Shown: positions 60,402-62,909 of the stretch, one piece after another
Layout of the letters: each line of letters begins with the position of its first letter
Position numbering within the stretch: position 1 is the first letter of the stretch
Position numbers and translations under genes: made by a program
Notes under the pieces: generated by a model
Databases searched by the model: none
What the model was told of the DNA's origin: nothing
The model's input: only the letters and a program-made list of their open reading frames with translations
Source of the DNA: an uncultured Flavobacteriales bacterium
Lineage (GTDB): Bacteria; Bacteroidota; Bacteroidia; Flavobacteriales; BACL11
Assembly (NCBI GenBank): GCA_913031595.1
Contig: CAJWCP010000004.1
Coordinates: 1 to 62,909 of the forward strand
DNA length: 62,909 nt
Reading direction: 5' to 3'

Positions 60402-62513
60402 ATGAGAATAGCGTGCTTTATCTTATTATTACTTCCAGTACTTATATTTGGTCAGGCTCCTGGATGCCCTAATATACAGGTAGATGACGAAACTGTGGAT
60501 TGCAACAATCCGTGTGTAGACTTAACAGCCTCATTCCTGCAAACAGGAGAAACAACAAGTTATGAGGTAAGCTCAATTCCTTACGCCCCTCCTTATCCTT
60601 TTACTGGAGGTACCCCAACTTTTGTAGGAACTGATGATGTTTTCTCCCCAGTTATTACAATTCCATTTGATTTCTGTTTCTATGGCAATACATATAATCA
60701 GTTAATCATTGGAGCAAATGGTGTGCTTTCATTTGACTTAAGCTTAGCTAGTGGTTTTTGCACTTGGAATTTTTCAGATCCTATACCCTCAAACCCAAAC
60801 ATATCTGGACCTTATGAAAATGCTATACATGGCGCCTTTCTAGACATCAACCCAGCAATAGGAGGAGATATTAATTATGCAACCTTAGGTTCTGCTCCCT
60901 GCAGAACATTTGTAATTAACTTTAATGCTGTTCCAGATTTTGGATGTACTAATCAACTCATAACTCAACAAATTGTTATTTATGAAACAACTAACGCTAT
61001 AGAGGTATATATCGAAGATAAACCAACATGTGCGACCTGGAATTCTGGAAATGCTTTGATTGGCATCCAAAATATTGGAGCAACACAAGGAATATGCCCT
61101 CCTAATAGAAACACAGGGCCATGGACAGCTACACAAGAAGCCTGGAGATTCACTCCTAATGGCAATCCAAATTATACTGTAGAATGGTTTGACAATAGTG
61201 GTGTCTCTCAAGGATTTGGAGATACTCTATTTAACATTTGCACACAAACACAAGATAATTATACAGCCGAGATCACATATACAAACTGTAATGGAACTAT
61301 AGTGACTGAATCTGTAACAAATACAATATTTGTTAATAATGCAGCAGGACAGATACCATCACTAGGTCTAATTGATACAATAAAAAGTTGTACTACTAAC
61401 GTTATTGTCAATGCAGATAATACATTAGACACTTATCTTTGGAATACTGGAGAAACCACCTCCTCTATCACTATAAACCAAACAGGAAACTATATACTAG
61501 AAGCAACACAAGGAGGTTGTGATGGAGATGACACTGTATTTGTATCTATTGTAAATGCAGATATAATAGAAAATAACTCTGTTATCTGCGAACTAGATGT
61601 AATAGATTTAAATATAGCTGAAACTAATACATCAGTAAATTGGTCAACTGGAGAAACAATAGATAACATTACAGTCTCCCCTATTACAAGCACTGAATTC
61701 TGGGTTGAGGTAAGCGATGGTATAACCATTTGCAAAGACAGTATTCAAATTGATGTCAATCCACTACCTATAGTAGATATGAATGGTATTAATGAAATTT
61801 GTAATGGAGACTCTACAATAGTATCATTAGTGTTTTCTGGAAATCCACCATATACAATTGATCTTAATGGAAATATAGAGTTATACACTAATAATACTGA
61901 AAATTTTATAGTTAGTCCTGCAAATACTAACACATACACAATTAATTATGTAAGTGATATAAATTGTCAAAATGACACAGCTAAAACTTATACGTTAAAT
62001 GTTAACTCTCTTCCTGAACCAATCATAGACCCTGTGTTCTATGAAATATATCCAGGAGAAACTGTTGAACTATTTGGAGGAAATTATATGAATTATTGGT
62101 GGTTTAATAATGCTGATTCTCTTTTATCACAAAATGAAATCCTTATAGTAGACAGCACCTTAACAAGTTATTTAGTAGTTGAAGATTTAAATGGATGTAT
62201 TGGTATTTCAGAAAATGTAATTGTAGAATATATTCCAAGAGTTGTACTGCATATCCCTAACACATTTACTCCTAATGGAGATGAGCATAATGAACTATTT
62301 GTAATTATAGGTGATCAAATAAGAAGTTTTAACATGAAAATAATTAATAGATGGGGCGAAGAAGTTTATAGCACTACAAATATAGAAAAGCATTGGGATG
62401 GAAAATTCAATGGCAAACCAGTACCTGAAGGCACATATACATATCTAATAGATATAATTGGAGAAGATAAAAGAGCTTTTATTAAAACTGGAACAATAAA
62501 TGTATTATATTAA
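60402..62513 (+). CDS. Surface protein with Ig-like repeats and T9SS type B C-terminal domain
   Basis: Signal peptide; YLWNTGETT repeats; IPNTFTPNGD..NRWG..WDG..GTYTY..GTINVLY. Confidence 0.9.
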   Translation: MRIACFILLLLPVLIFGQAPGCPNIQVDDETVDCNNPCVDLTASFLQTGETTSYEVSSIPYAPPYPFTGGTPTFVGTDDVFSPVITIPFDFCFYGNTYNQLIIGANGVLSFDLSLASGFCTWNFSDPIPSNPNISGPYENAIHGAFLDINPAIGGDINYATLGSAPCRTFVINFNAVPDFGCTNQLITQQIVIYETTNAIEVYIEDKPTCATWNSGNALIGIQNIGATQGICPPNRNTGPWTATQEAWRFTPNGNPNYTVEWFDNSGVSQGFGDTLFNICTQTQDNYTAEITYTNCNGTIVTESVTNTIFVNNAAGQIPSLGLIDTIKSCTTNVIVNADNTLDTYLWNTGETTSSITINQTGNYILEATQGGCDGDDTVFVSIVNADIIENNSVICELDVIDLNIAETNTSVNWSTGETIDNITVSPITSTEFWVEVSDGITICKDSIQIDVNPLPIVDMNGINEICNGDSTIVSLVFSGNPPYTIDLNGNIELYTNNTENFIVSPANTNTYTINYVSDINCQNDTAKTYTLNVNSLPEPIIDPVFYEIYPGETVELFGGNYMNYWWFNNADSLLSQNEILIVDSTLTSYLVVEDLNGCIGISENVIVEYIPRVVLHIPNTFTPNGDEHNELFVIIGDQIRSFNMKIINRWGEEVYSTTNIEKHWDGKFNGKPVPEGTYTYLIDIIGEDKRAFIKTGTINVLY

Positions 62514-62549
62514 AAAACAATATCTTTGTAGATATTACAAAAAATATAG

Positions 62550-62909
62550 ATGAGAAAAATCCTATACATAATACTTTTATTTTCTATAAGCGCATCCTCG
62601 CAAACAACTGATTGGGCTGTGTCTTTTGGTGGTCCTGATTCAGATAAGGGTATCTCAATAGGTGTAGACTCATTAGGATTTATATATGGAAGTGGTTTTT
62701 TTAATAACCAAGCTACTTTTGGAGGTATTACCTTAACCAACTCTCCTTTAAGTCAATGGGGTAATAATAAAGAGAATTTTGTCTTCAAAATGGATTCTAC
62801 AGGTAACGTATTATGGGCAGTTGCAGGAGGAAACCTTTCTGGGGGATGTTGTGATGATAGAGCACTTGGTATGCATGTAACACCTGGAGGAGATGTGTTT
62901 ATCACAGGA
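62550..62909 (+). CDS. Secreted beta-propeller (SBBP-like) protein, 5' part; runs off the window
   Basis: Open from ATG 62550 to the end: MRKILYIILLFSISASSQTTDWAVSFGGPDSDKGISIGVDSLGFIY..FVFKMDSTGNVLWA; promoter TATCTTTG at 62521-62528. Confidence 0.85.
   Translation, partial: MRKILYIILLFSISASSQTTDWAVSFGGPDSDKGISIGVDSLGFIYGSGFFNNQATFGGITLTNSPLSQWGNNKENFVFKMDSTGNVLWAVAGGNLSGGCCDDRALGMHVTPGGDVFITG

Overview
An AT-rich, gene-dense core-chromosome segment from a Bacteroidota organism, most likely Flavobacteriales. The assignment rests on TAnnTTTG promoters, T9SS components and cargo (porQ, a PorE-like protein, type A and type B CTD proteins), fused secDF, and the rpsU-xerC-hpf-tRNA-Thr and rpsF-rpsR-rplI gene orders. 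It is mostly housekeeping: translation, tRNA maturation, nucleotide synthesis, TCA enzymes, envelope functions, gyrB, dnaX and lon. I found no IS element, prophage, CRISPR array or defence island, and cannot claim a large novel system. The best second-look items are: (1) an A10 slippery run in dnaX with immediate out-of-frame stops, suggesting gamma/tau recoding; (2) a correctly spaced sigma-54 promoter with repeated upstream motifs in front of an unknown ORF and lon; (3) a compact PspC / TM-coiled-coil / PspC cassette, one gene of which the ORF track misses; (4) a phage-like NTP pyrophosphohydrolase with atypical codon use inside a tRNA-maturation operon; (5) a decayed secretion-signal-like fragment; (6) a structured rpsA leader and a basic N-terminal extension on S1; and (7) an uncharacterised TPR plus beta-barrel pair divergent from ftsE-murB. 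All calls come from reading the sequence and recalled family motifs; no searches were run.
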